A stretch of 64,000 nucleotides of DNA from Chitinophagaceae bacterium (GCA_018335935.1 JAGXRG010000069.1:67976-131975), one strand, 5' to 3'. Counted from the stretch's first letter, positions 17,310 to 26,946 are shown. The notes: generated from the sequence alone by a model not told the origin. Made by a program: numbers and translations.

Positions 17310-18098
17310 ATGGAACATTTATTAACCTCAGAAAGCATTATTAGCTTTATAGTTTTAGTCATTCTAGAAATTGTTTTGGGAATCGATAATGTAATTTTTG
17401 TTTCCATTATCATGAATCGTTTGCCTGAAAGCTTAAGAACAAAATCGAGATGGACTTGGATGTTCTCTGGCATCATCATGAGATCTATTTTGCTTTTAGG
17501 ATTAGGATGGCTATTGAAACAAAAAGGCAAATCATTATTTGAGTTATTTGGCAGAGGATTTGATTTGGCTAGTTTAGTTATGATAGCTGGGGGTTTGTTT
17601 TTGATTTATAAAACTGTAATGGAAATTCATCATAAACTTGAAGGTGAAGAGGCAACTAACATGTCAGGAAATAATAAATCATTAAGTTTCTCTAAAGCCA
17701 TATTTCAAATTATTTTAATTGATATGGTATTCAGCTTCGATAGCATTATTACAGCAGGCGGAACAGCTAAACATATTGAAATTATGATTGCAGCTGTTGT
17801 TATTGCTATGATTGTAATGTTTTTATTTAGTGCTGCTATAGCTTCATTTGTTCATAAACATCCAACCATAAAAATGTTAGCTCTTTCTTTTTTAGTAATG
17901 ATTGGATTGGTGTTATTGGTAGAAGGTTTCGATAGTGAAAAAGCTCATGATTTACATTTAAAAAATTATGTATACTTTGCTATGGCTTTTTCATTTTTAG
18001 TAGAAATGCTGAATATGAAAGCCAGAAAAAATTCGAACCCAGTTGAGTTAAGAGAGAAAGTCTTGAAAGAAAACATTGAAGATAAATTGGCTAATTAA
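17310..18098 (+). CDS. TerC family integral membrane protein
   Basis: 262 aa, multi-TM, with LEIVLGIDNVIFVS and FSFDSIITA repeats typical of TerC. Confidence 0.8.
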   Translation: MEHLLTSESIISFIVLVILEIVLGIDNVIFVSIIMNRLPESLRTKSRWTWMFSGIIMRSILLLGLGWLLKQKGKSLFELFGRGFDLASLVMIAGGLFLIYKTVMEIHHKLEGEEATNMSGNNKSLSFSKAIFQIILIDMVFSFDSIITAGGTAKHIEIMIAAVVIAMIVMFLFSAAIASFVHKHPTIKMLALSFLVMIGLVLLVEGFDSEKAHDLHLKNYVYFAMAFSFLVEMLNMKARKNSNPVELREKVLKENIEDKLAN

Positions 18099-18126
18099 TT
18101 TAAACTTAGTTTAGAGATTTTATTGC

Positions 18127-19467
18127 ATGAACACATATAAAAAAGCAAAAGTTAGTGAAGGCGTAGATTGGTTATCGGCATGGATATATCTTCTACTTGT
18201 TGCCATTGGTATTCTTTGCATTTTTATGGTAGAATATAAACCTCAAACAGATTTATTACAATCTTTCATTGGTGGAAAAACAAATTATAGTAAGCAACTC
18301 TTGTTTGCATTATTCTCCTTAGTAATTGCACTCTTCATTTTATTATCAGATAGTAAATTATTTACAGCATTTGCAAACCTTTCTTATGCTTTTGGTGTAG
18401 TGCTAATGTTATCAACTTTTGTAATAGGAAAAGTGGTGAATGGCTCAAAAAGTTGGATTCCCATGGGAGGAGGATTTAATTTACAGCCAGTAGAATTGTG
18501 TAAAATTTTTACTGCATTGGCATTAGCAAAATATTTATCACGACAAGAAACCAGTTTCGATAAATTAAAATCTCAAGCCATTGCTATTGCTTTAGTATTG
18601 TTTCCTTTTTTGATTTCTACATTACAACACGAGTTAGGACTTGGCTTAGTATATTTTTCTTTTTTTATTGTAATGTACCGAGAAGGCTTGCCACCAACAC
18701 TCATGATAATTGGTGCAGCAATTGGTGTGTTATTGGTAGCATCCATTATTGTTGAGCCAGACACATTAGCTATTGCATTAACCACACTTGCTGTATTATT
18801 AATTTATTTTTTACGTAAGCAAATGAAACGTAATAAAACATTATTACGTTGGATTATTGGTGTTTGGATTATTTGTGTTGGCTTTCAAAAATTTGCAGTT
18901 CCTTTTGTTTTTAATAATGTTTTTGAGTGTCACCAAAGTGCAAGAATTTATAGTGCTTTTGGAGGAGATTATGATTGTACACAAAACAAACACCAAGCTG
19001 CAGAAGGAAACAAACCTATTCGTAAACCTGATGATTATAATGTTAGGCAAAGTAAAATAGCCATTGGATCTGGCGGATTTTTTGGAAGAGGATTTTTAAA
19101 AGGCACTCAAACTCGTGGACGTTATGTACCAGCACAAAATACTGATTTTATTTTTACATCATTAGGAGAAGCCTTTGGTTTTATTGGCTCTGTTGTTTTT
19201 TTAGGAATTTATTTATTTTTCTTATTTAGAATTATTAGAATGGCAGAACGACAAAGAAGTACATTTAGTAGAGTGTATGCATACTGTGTAGCCAGCATTT
19301 TATTTTTTCATATTGCCTTAAATATTTTAATGACAATTGGCTTGTTTCCATCACCAGGTATTACATTACCATTAGTAAGTTATGGGGGTTCATCATTAGT
19401 AACATTTACTATTCTTATTTTTATTTTATTAAGATTGGATGCAGATAGACAAATGGTGTTGAGGTAA
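18127..19467 (+). CDS. rodA: rod shape-determining SEDS protein RodA (FtsW/RodA family)
   Basis: 446 aa polytopic protein with NTDFIFTSLGEAFGFIGS and TLPLVSYGGSS motifs. Confidence 0.8.
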   Translation: MNTYKKAKVSEGVDWLSAWIYLLLVAIGILCIFMVEYKPQTDLLQSFIGGKTNYSKQLLFALFSLVIALFILLSDSKLFTAFANLSYAFGVVLMLSTFVIGKVVNGSKSWIPMGGGFNLQPVELCKIFTALALAKYLSRQETSFDKLKSQAIAIALVLFPFLISTLQHELGLGLVYFSFFIVMYREGLPPTLMIIGAAIGVLLVASIIVEPDTLAIALTTLAVLLIYFLRKQMKRNKTLLRWIIGVWIICVGFQKFAVPFVFNNVFECHQSARIYSAFGGDYDCTQNKHQAAEGNKPIRKPDDYNVRQSKIAIGSGGFFGRGFLKGTQTRGRYVPAQNTDFIFTSLGEAFGFIGSVVFLGIYLFFLFRIIRMAERQRSTFSRVYAYCVASILFFHIALNILMTIGLFPSPGITLPLVSYGGSSLVTFTILIFILLRLDADRQMVLR

Positions 19468-19494
19468 ATTTATTTTTTAACTCAAATTATTTCA

Positions 19495-20154
19495 ATGAGA
19501 ATTATTATCACAGCAGCAACAGAATTTGAGTTAAGCTTACTTAAGCATAAATTTAAGTCAACAAAAGAAAGAGATGTAATTTTTATTGCAACAGGCATTG
19601 GAATGCTTGCAACTTCTGTTAGTTTAATGCAATTAATTTATGATCATAAACCAGATTTTATTATTCAAATAGGAATCGCAGGTGGTTTTAATGTAAAAGA
19701 AAAATTAGGTAAAGTTTATTTGGTAGAAGAAGAATTTTTAGGAGATGTTGGTGTTGTAGAAAATGGAAAATGGAAGGATGCTTTTGATTTACAATTAGCA
19801 AAAGCAAACTCAAAACCATTTAAGAAAAAAGGTCTACTTAATTCTAACATAAATAAATATAATCATCTTGAGTTGCCAATAGTAAAAGGGGTAACTGTTA
19901 ATCAAATTTCAACAGATAACAATCACATACAACAACTCATCAAAAAATATAATCCTATTATCGAAACAATGGAGGGGGCTGCATTACATTATGTTTGCAT
20001 TTTGAATAACATTCCATTTTTACAAATTCGTTCCATATCAAATTACATTGGAGAAAGAGATAAAACAAAATGGAAAATTAAATTGGCTTTAAATAATTTG
20101 AGTAAAACTGCAATTGCAGTAATCAATCATCAATATAAACTCAACAAATCGTAA
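19495..20154 (+). CDS. mqnB: futalosine hydrolase (PNP/UDP-phosphorylase fold)
   Basis: 219 aa. Contains MRIIITAATEFEL, GIAGGF and ETMEGAALHYVC. Stop codon abuts the mqnD start. Confidence 0.7.
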   Translation: MRIIITAATEFELSLLKHKFKSTKERDVIFIATGIGMLATSVSLMQLIYDHKPDFIIQIGIAGGFNVKEKLGKVYLVEEEFLGDVGVVENGKWKDAFDLQLAKANSKPFKKKGLLNSNINKYNHLELPIVKGVTVNQISTDNNHIQQLIKKYNPIIETMEGAALHYVCILNNIPFLQIRSISNYIGERDKTKWKIKLALNNLSKTAIAVINHQYKLNKS

Positions 20155-21153
20155 ATGTTTAGTCTAGCATTTTCTCCTTGTCCGAACGACACTTTCATTT
20201 TTGATGCATTGATCAATAAAAAAATTGATACTAAAGGCTTAGATTTTGAAGTACACTTAGAAGATGTTCAAACCCTTAACCAATGGGCATTACAAGAGCA
20301 ACACGATTTTACAAAAATTAGTTATGGTGTTCTACCCTTAGTATTGAACAATTATAAAGTATTAGAAAGTGGTGGTGCTTTAGGAAAAGGAGTAGGACCA
20401 CTTTTAATTACGAATTCAGAATTAGGAAGTACGAATTACGAAGTACAAAATAAGAAGTACGAGGTACAAAGTACGAAGTACGAAGTAAGAGGCACAAAGT
20501 ACGATAATGGTGCAAATAACAAACTCCAAACCCCAAACGAACAACAAGAAACAAGAAACTCTAAACAACAAACTCCAAACAACAAGCCACAAACAACAAA
20601 CGAACAAAATAAAATAGTCGCTATTCCTGGAGAAAACACAACTGCACATTTATTATTTTCTTTAGCTTATCCTAATGCAAAAAATAAAGTCTTTATGCCC
20701 TTTCATGAGATTGAGGATTTTGTGTTGAACAATGAAAATGCTTTAGGTGTCATTATTCACGAAAACCGATTTACCTATCAAGAAAAAGGGTTGTATTTAG
20801 TAAAAGATTTAGGCACATATTGGGAAGAAACTTTTAATCTCCCCATTCCTTTAGGAGCAATAGTTGCACATAATAGAATTCAAAAAGAAATGAGTCTACT
20901 CGTTGATGAGTTAATCAGAGAAAGTATAGATTATGCATTTAAACATTATCCTTTTGTTTCAGATTATGTAAAACAACATGCTCAAGAAATGGAAGAAGAA
21001 GTGATGAGAAAGCATATAGATTTATATGTCAATAATTTTTCCTTAGCTTTAGGAAGTGCTGGTAAAAAATCGGTATTAAAATTGCTAGAAATTTATCAAC
21101 AACAGCATCCAACTTGTCAAATTATCTCTAATGAGATTTTCATAAATAATTAG
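20155..21153 (+). CDS. mqnD: 1,4-dihydroxy-6-naphthoate synthase with an in-frame low-complexity insertion
   Basis: N-terminus FSPCPNDTFIFDALINKKIDTKGL is the MqnD hallmark. IAIPGENTTAHLL and HENRFTY follow. Roughly 50-60 extra residues (YEVQNKKYEVQSTKYEVRGTKY...QTPNEQQETRNSKQQTPNNKPQTTNEQ) lie between them. Confidence 0.8.
   Translation: MFSLAFSPCPNDTFIFDALINKKIDTKGLDFEVHLEDVQTLNQWALQEQHDFTKISYGVLPLVLNNYKVLESGGALGKGVGPLLITNSELGSTNYEVQNKKYEVQSTKYEVRGTKYDNGANNKLQTPNEQQETRNSKQQTPNNKPQTTNEQNKIVAIPGENTTAHLLFSLAYPNAKNKVFMPFHEIEDFVLNNENALGVIIHENRFTYQEKGLYLVKDLGTYWEETFNLPIPLGAIVAHNRIQKEMSLLVDELIRESIDYAFKHYPFVSDYVKQHAQEMEEEVMRKHIDLYVNNFSLALGSAGKKSVLKLLEIYQQQHPTCQIISNEIFINN
20429..20610. repeat. two adjacent heptamer arrays inside the mqnD CDS (11 GTACGAA-type units, a 14-nt linker, then 13 CAAACAA-type units)
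   Basis: First array: gtacgaa ttacgaa gtacaaa ataagaa gtacgag gtacaaa gtacgaa gtacgaa gtaagag gcacaaa gtacgat. Second array: caaactc caaaccc caaacga acaacaa gaaacaa gaaactc taaacaa caaactc caaacaa caagcca caaacaa caaacga acaaaat. Confidence 0.85.
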
Positions 21154-21155
21154 TT

Positions 21156-21725
21156 ATGGAAAGTAATTTTTTAACTAGTGCTATTAAGCAATTTGAGTAT
21201 TATCAACAATTAGGCGAAAAAACATTTCATCAACTACCAGACGACAAATTGTTTTGGCAATACAATGCAGAAAGCAATAGTATAGCAACAATAGTAAAAC
21301 ATTTACATGGTAATATGCTTTCTCGCTGGACAAATTTCTTGCATTCCGATGGCGAAAAAGAATGGAGGAATAGAGACGCCGAATTTGAAAATGATATTAC
21401 TACAAGAGAAGAAATGCTGAAGCTTTGGCATGCAGGTTGGCAATGTTTATATCTTGCTTTAAAAAACTTAAAAGATGAAGACCTAAATAAAGTTGTCTTT
21501 ATCAGAAATCAAGGTCAAACAGTAGTTGAAGCAATTAATAGGCAGCTTTGCCATTATAGTTATCATGTAGGGCAAATTGTTTGTATTGGAAAAATGATTT
21601 GTAACCAAAGCTGGCAATCACTTTCTATTCCAAAAGGAAAATCTGTAGACTATAATACTCAAAAGTTTGCACAAGAAAAACATATAGAACACTTTACAGA
21701 TGAAAGTTTAAGGCCAATCTCTTAG
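21156..21725 (+). CDS. DinB-family (DUF1572-like) four-helix-bundle protein
   Basis: 189 aa with spaced histidines (VKHLHGNMLSRW ... CHYSYHVGQI) typical of the DinB/YfiT fold. Confidence 0.6.
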   Translation: MESNFLTSAIKQFEYYQQLGEKTFHQLPDDKLFWQYNAESNSIATIVKHLHGNMLSRWTNFLHSDGEKEWRNRDAEFENDITTREEMLKLWHAGWQCLYLALKNLKDEDLNKVVFIRNQGQTVVEAINRQLCHYSYHVGQIVCIGKMICNQSWQSLSIPKGKSVDYNTQKFAQEKHIEHFTDESLRPIS

Positions 21726-21800
21726 CAAATTATTAACAAGAATTAACAAGATTAAAAATACCTTAAAATTACTTTTGTCGAATAATAACGATAGATATTA

Positions 21801-23468
21801 ATGGCACAAGATTACCAAAGCAATTTTCTTAAAGCATTTTTACAACTTCTCAAAGTTTTAAAGCTCGATAAGAAAGATATTTCTAGCATTTACTTTTTTG
21901 CCATTTTAAATGGGTTAATTGCTTTAATTCTTCCATTAGGCATTCAAACCATTATAAGTTTTGTAATGGCAGGTTCAATATCTGCCTCTATTGTTGTGTT
22001 AATTTTTATTGTGGTTTTGGGTGTTTTTTGTAATGGATTAGTGCAGGTTAGGCAAATGCAAATCATAGAAAAAGTTGAGCAAAAAATTTTTACACGGTAT
22101 ACTTTAGAAATTGCAGATAAACTTCCAAAACTTGATATTGAAAAATTAGACGGAATTTACCTTCCTGAATTGGTGAACAGATTTTTTGATGTACCATCAT
22201 TAGCTAAGCGAATTGATAAACTTTTACTAGACCTACCATCAGCAATAATTCAGATTCTATTTGGATTGGTATTATTAATGTTCTACCATCCTATATTTAT
22301 TGGTTTTGGTGCTTTTCTAATCACTATTGTTGTTGTTTTATTAACGCTAACTTCAAGAAAAGGCTTAGCTACAAGTATTGCAGCTAGTAATTATAAATAT
22401 GCTATAGCTGCTTGGCTCGAGGAAATGTCGAGGGTTATTAAATCGTTTAAATTCGGCAAAAAAACAGACCTGCATATTCAAAAAACAGATGAACTTATTG
22501 GTAATTATTTAGAGTCAAGAACCTCACATTTTAAAGTGTTACTCACACAGTTTTGGAGCTTAATTACTTTCAAAATTATTATTACAGCTGCTATGCTAAC
22601 GGTGGGTGCAATTTTATTGGTTAATCAACAAATAAATGTGGGTCAGTTTATAGCTGTTGATATTGTAATTCTTGCCATTATATCAAGTGTAGAAAAATTG
22701 ATTTCTAACCTTGATAAAATATATGATGCTTTAACTTCTATTCAAAAAATCAGCAAATTAGTAGATAGTGAATCTGAAATAAATGGTTCATTAAACTTAA
22801 ACCCAATAGACAAAGGTGTTTCCATTAAACTTAATGATGTAAGTTTTCAATACCCTAACGGCGATTTTACATTAAACCACATTTCTTTAGATATAAAGCC
22901 AGGTCAACTGGTTTGTATTGATGGTGCTTCTGGTTCTGGTAAATCATCTTTATTAAGATTACTTACTGGCGAATACCATAATTATGAAGGTTCTATTTTA
23001 ATAGATGATGTACCTATTTCAAATTACAACTTAACTAGTTTAAGATCACTGACTGGTATTTTATTAAATCAGCAAGATATTTTTAATGGAACTTTATACG
23101 AGAATTTAACCATGGGTAATCCAGATCATAAAGTTGAAGATGTAAGTTTAATTAGTCATCAATTAGGATTAACCGATTTTATTCAAAGTCACCATAAAGG
23201 CTATGATGCTATTTTAGATCCTTTTGGAAAAAGATTGTCTTCTAATATTAAACAAGAAATTCTTTTAGTTAGAGCATTACTTGGTAAGCACAGATTATTG
23301 TTACTAGAAGATCCTTTTGACCATTTAGATGATAAAGAAAAATCAACAGTATTACATTACTTAAAAAATAATACTGTAGCCACTACAATTATAATATCAA
23401 GCGACAAAGTAGCTCAAGCAGCATGTGATGTAATTGTAAATTTAAAAGATGGAAGAATAATAAACTAA
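21801..23468 (+). CDS. ABC exporter, fused permease/ATPase (no C39 peptidase domain), degenerate ATPase motifs
   Basis: 555 aa. Six-TM N-terminal half. Walker A is GASGSGKSS. Signature reads LSSNIKQ rather than LSGGQ. Walker B reads LLLLEDP. The H-loop position reads IIISSDK. Confidence 0.8.
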   Translation: MAQDYQSNFLKAFLQLLKVLKLDKKDISSIYFFAILNGLIALILPLGIQTIISFVMAGSISASIVVLIFIVVLGVFCNGLVQVRQMQIIEKVEQKIFTRYTLEIADKLPKLDIEKLDGIYLPELVNRFFDVPSLAKRIDKLLLDLPSAIIQILFGLVLLMFYHPIFIGFGAFLITIVVVLLTLTSRKGLATSIAASNYKYAIAAWLEEMSRVIKSFKFGKKTDLHIQKTDELIGNYLESRTSHFKVLLTQFWSLITFKIIITAAMLTVGAILLVNQQINVGQFIAVDIVILAIISSVEKLISNLDKIYDALTSIQKISKLVDSESEINGSLNLNPIDKGVSIKLNDVSFQYPNGDFTLNHISLDIKPGQLVCIDGASGSGKSSLLRLLTGEYHNYEGSILIDDVPISNYNLTSLRSLTGILLNQQDIFNGTLYENLTMGNPDHKVEDVSLISHQLGLTDFIQSHHKGYDAILDPFGKRLSSNIKQEILLVRALLGKHRLLLLEDPFDHLDDKEKSTVLHYLKNNTVATTIIISSDKVAQAACDVIVNLKDGRIIN

Positions 23469-23474
23469 CTTAAG

Positions 23475-24827
23475 ATGCCAGACTTTTTACATGAAAATAT
23501 TGATGAAGTTGTAATTGATTCTACCCTCACATCTTACAAAAAAATCTATCGCATTAATAAGCATAGTAAAGTGAAAAGATGGGTATATTTTATTGTAGGA
23601 CTAACACTTATTGTATTACTATTACCTTGGACCCAAAATATTAGATCGAAAGGGTCTGTTACAACTTTACGACAAGAGAATAGACCTCAAGAAATTAATA
23701 CAGTAATTTCAGGTAGAGTGGCTCAATGGTATGTAAAAGAAGGAGATTTAGTAAAGCAAGGAGATACTATTTTAAAATTAGCTGAGGTTAAGGTTGAATA
23801 TTTTGATCCTAATTTATTAAATAGAACAAAAGATCAAATAGTTGCCAAACAACAATCTTCAGAAGGATATAAAGGCAAAGCCAATACTGCATTATTGCAA
23901 ATTGAAGCTTTATTACAAAATAGAAATTTAAAACTTCAATCTTTAGATAATAAAATTCAACAGCAACGTTTAAAAATTATTAGTGATAGTATGGATATAA
24001 TAGCTGTTACTAATGATTTTAATATTTATAAACGTCAATTAGATGCTGGTAAAATAATGCTCGATAGTGGTGCTATTTCGTTAATAGATTTTGAAAAAAG
24101 AAAAGCAAATTTTCAAACTGCTTATGCCAAAAAAATAAGTGCAGAAAACGATTTTGTTCAAAGCAAACAAGAATTAACCATCTTACATATAGAAAAAAAT
24201 AGTGTTAATCAAGATTTTGCCGATAAAATTGCAAAGGCTGAAGGAGATAAATTCAGCTCTATATCTGATGCTGCAAATGCCGAAGGAGAGATTGCAAAAC
24301 TTAAAAACTTGTATGCTAACTACGATATTAGAAATCAACTCTATTATGTAATTGCTCCTCAAGATGGCCAAATTACTAAAGCTAAAAAAGCAGGCATCAA
24401 CGAGTTTATAAAGGAAGGAGAAATGATTGCCGAAATTGTTCCTACTAAAGTTCAATTAGCTGTTGAGTTATTTGTAAATCCAATGGACATTCCTTTAATT
24501 AGTAAAGGACAAAAAGTTAGATTTATTTTCGATGGTTTTCCTGTAATTGTTTTTAGTGGATGGCCCAATTATAGTTATGGCACTTTTAGTGGTGTTGTTG
24601 CTGCTATTGAAACCAATATTAGTGTTAATGGAAAGTTTAGAATATTAGTGATAGAAGATCCTGATCCTGAAGAAAAGAAATGGCCAAAATATTTGCAATT
24701 AGGCACAGGTGCACAAGGCATTGCTTTATTAAAAAATGTACCAATTGGATATGAGTTATGGAGAAATATCAATGGATTCCCTCCAGAATATTATAAGCTC
24801 AATGAAGTTAATGAAAAAAAGAAATGA
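23475..24827 (+). CDS. HlyD-family membrane fusion protein
   Basis: 450 aa. N-terminal TM, a lipoyl-like segment (GRVAQWYVKEGDLVKQGDTILKL) and a long coiled-coil. Starts 6 nt after the ABC stop. Confidence 0.8.
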   Translation: MPDFLHENIDEVVIDSTLTSYKKIYRINKHSKVKRWVYFIVGLTLIVLLLPWTQNIRSKGSVTTLRQENRPQEINTVISGRVAQWYVKEGDLVKQGDTILKLAEVKVEYFDPNLLNRTKDQIVAKQQSSEGYKGKANTALLQIEALLQNRNLKLQSLDNKIQQQRLKIISDSMDIIAVTNDFNIYKRQLDAGKIMLDSGAISLIDFEKRKANFQTAYAKKISAENDFVQSKQELTILHIEKNSVNQDFADKIAKAEGDKFSSISDAANAEGEIAKLKNLYANYDIRNQLYYVIAPQDGQITKAKKAGINEFIKEGEMIAEIVPTKVQLAVELFVNPMDIPLISKGQKVRFIFDGFPVIVFSGWPNYSYGTFSGVVAAIETNISVNGKFRILVIEDPDPEEKKWPKYLQLGTGAQGIALLKNVPIGYELWRNINGFPPEYYKLNEVNEKKK

Positions 24828-26227
24828 TGAATTTGAAAAAGCTAATTAGTCTTGTTTTTTTATTTTTAGTTATTCAACCTATAATAGCACAACAATCTAA
24901 TGAAAAACTATTTTCTTTAGATGAGTTTATAACTATTATTAAAACCAATCATCCTATTGCCAAGCAAACTAATCTACAGGTGCAGCAAACTGAAGCTGGC
25001 CTATTAGCAGCAAAAGGAAATTTTGATCCAAGCATTAGTATAGATGCCTCTAAAAAAACTTTTGATGGAAAAAATTATTACAATTATTTCAATCCAGAAC
25101 TAAAAGTTCCATTGCCTGTAGGTGATATTAAAACAGGAGTTGAAGATAATGGTGGAGGTAATTTAAATTCTGAATTTACTCCTGGTCGTTCTAGTTATTT
25201 TGGTATTGAATTACCCTTAGCCAAAGGCTTGTTGATAGATAAAAGAAGGGCGGTATTAAAGCAAAATAAAATCTTTGTTCAACAATCATTACAAGAACAA
25301 AAACAAACCATTAATAATTTATTGTTTGATGCTTATGTTGCTTATGCAAAATGGGCTGCAGACTATCAGTTGTATCAATTGTTTAGCAAGTATGTATCAA
25401 TTAGCAATCAAAGATTACATTTATTAAAAATTGCAGAACGTAATGGTGATAAGAGTGTAATGGATACTTTAGAAGCTTTTACCCAATTGCAAAATTTGCA
25501 AATATTGCAAAATAATGCACAGCTCAATTTATTGAATTCGGTTTTAGATGTTTCTAATTATTTATGGATGCAAAACGATTCTGCTTATGCTTTGGCAGAA
25601 AATATAGTTCCCTATACAGCTATTTTTTCAGATCTAAAATTTACAACAGACTTAACCACATATATAGAGCAGGCTTTAGCTAATCATCCCTTATTAAGAA
25701 CATATAATTTTAAATTAGATGCTTTAGATGTTGAACGAAAATTAAAAGTTCAAAATTTATTGCCCACATTAAATACAAAAGTCAATTTATTAAATCAGGA
25801 TTATGCCGTATTTAAAGGGTTTGACCAAGCCTTTTTTCAAAACAACAACAAATGGGGTATTGATTTTAAAATGCCTTTATTTTTAAGAGAAGGCAGAGGA
25901 GAACTGAAAAGAACAAAACTAAAAATTGAAGAAACCAACTTAGACTTAAGCTTAAAGAAATGGGAATTAGAAAATAAAATTAGAAGTTATTATAATGAGT
26001 TTGTTTTAGTGCAACAACAATTGCAAACTGCTTTACAAGCTTATGAAAATTATAATAAATTATATCAAAACGAATTGCTTAGATTTAATAATGGAGAAAG
26101 CAGTTTGTTTATTTTAAATAGTAGAGAAAATAAAGCATTAGAATTTTATCAGAAAACAGTTGAATTAAGAGTGAAACTGTTTAAAGCCAGATATGCTATT
26201 GATAATAGTGCAGGATTGTTGCAATAG
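24824..26227 (+). CDS. TolC-family outer membrane efflux protein
   Basis: 467 aa. Signal peptide and duplicated helical/beta OEP architecture. ATGATGA start/stop overlap with the HlyD gene. Confidence 0.75.
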   Translation: MMNLKKLISLVFLFLVIQPIIAQQSNEKLFSLDEFITIIKTNHPIAKQTNLQVQQTEAGLLAAKGNFDPSISIDASKKTFDGKNYYNYFNPELKVPLPVGDIKTGVEDNGGGNLNSEFTPGRSSYFGIELPLAKGLLIDKRRAVLKQNKIFVQQSLQEQKQTINNLLFDAYVAYAKWAADYQLYQLFSKYVSISNQRLHLLKIAERNGDKSVMDTLEAFTQLQNLQILQNNAQLNLLNSVLDVSNYLWMQNDSAYALAENIVPYTAIFSDLKFTTDLTTYIEQALANHPLLRTYNFKLDALDVERKLKVQNLLPTLNTKVNLLNQDYAVFKGFDQAFFQNNNKWGIDFKMPLFLREGRGELKRTKLKIEETNLDLSLKKWELENKIRSYYNEFVLVQQQLQTALQAYENYNKLYQNELLRFNNGESSLFILNSRENKALEFYQKTVELRVKLFKARYAIDNSAGLLQ

Positions 26228-26228
26228 A

Positions 26229-26501
26229 TTAATCATAATGAAATCTGCATTGTAGAATAATACACTTTTGATCAAGCCCTTTTTTGCCTTCAACTTTGTA
26301 AACTAATCTGTGTTCACCAGTAATTCTTCGGGACCAAAATCCTTTTAAATCATATTTTAAAGGTTCGGGTTTGCCAATGCCTGTAAAAGGGTTTATTCTA
26401 ATATCTTTTAAAAAGTCTTTTATTTTTAAAACAATTTCTGAATTATTTTCAATCCAAAATTCAAAATCTTGCCAGGCATTTGGTGTAAATTCAAAAATCA
26501 T
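26229..26501 (-). CDS. yoeB: Txe/YoeB family toxin (mRNA interferase)
   Basis: 90 aa. Contains WSRRITGEHRLVY and the C-terminal ...CRFHYD. Confidence 0.85.
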   Translation of the reverse strand: MIFEFTPNAWQDFEFWIENNSEIVLKIKDFLKDIRINPFTGIGKPEPLKYDLKGFWSRRITGEHRLVYKVEGKKGLDQKCIILQCRFHYD

Positions 26502-26502
26502 T

Positions 26503-26757
26503 TTAGTCTATATCAGTAAAAGAAATTTTTTTATTTGTTTTCATTTGTTGAATAGATTCAGATAATCTTTTTCTATTGGCTTCAGTTGATAGCAGATGTC
26601 CTGTTTCGTTGAGAGAATTATATTCTTTAATCGACATCATAACAATTGCATCATCTTCAGAATTTCTAGGAACTATAATTATATCGAGAGATGAACTTAT
26701 ATAGTCCAAATATTTTTTAATATTTCCTCTGAGTTGTGATATTGAAACAGCTTGCAT
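26503..26757 (-). CDS. yefM: Phd/YefM family antitoxin
   Basis: 84 aa, 1-nt gap to yoeB. Phd/YefM-like N-terminus ([13 protein letters not shown]) and C-terminal toxin-binding region. Confidence 0.8.
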   Translation of the reverse strand: MQAVSISQLRGNIKKYLDYISSSLDIIIVPRNSEDDAIVMMSIKEYNSLNETGHLLSTEANRKRLSESIQQMKTNKKISFTDID

Positions 26758-26767
26758 AAATTATAAT

Positions 26768-26797
26768 TGTACTTTCAAATGTACAATATTTTGTACA
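26768..26797. promoter_or_regulatory. candidate YefM-YoeB operator: three TGTAC(A/T) hexamers at 12-bp spacing
   Basis: tgtact (26768), tgtaca (26780) and tgtaca (26792), lying 11-40 nt upstream of the yefM ATG. Confidence 0.6.
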
Positions 26798-26946
26798 AAC
26801 CAAGAATTATTTATTTTTTGCCTAAGGAATTCTTAAATAAATAGATCTTAGTAATATTTTGAATTAAAACCTAAAACCAAATAACCCAATCAACTTTTCA
26901 ACCTTTAAACTACTTTCTATTACCTTCACCAACTTAATTAGAGATT

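Noticed and set aside
20429-20610. Could the tandem arrays (here and at 1351, 27311, 28707 and 31425) be a CRISPR array or a minisatellite-encoded repeat protein?
   Set aside because: The units are 7 nt, contiguous and degenerate, with no unique spacers and no cas genes. They are not CRISPR.
20422-20649. Two overlapping antisense ORFs (75 and 67 aa) inside mqnD.
   Set aside because: They exist only because the heptamer arrays are stop-free in several frames. The sense frame carries the MqnD motifs on both sides.
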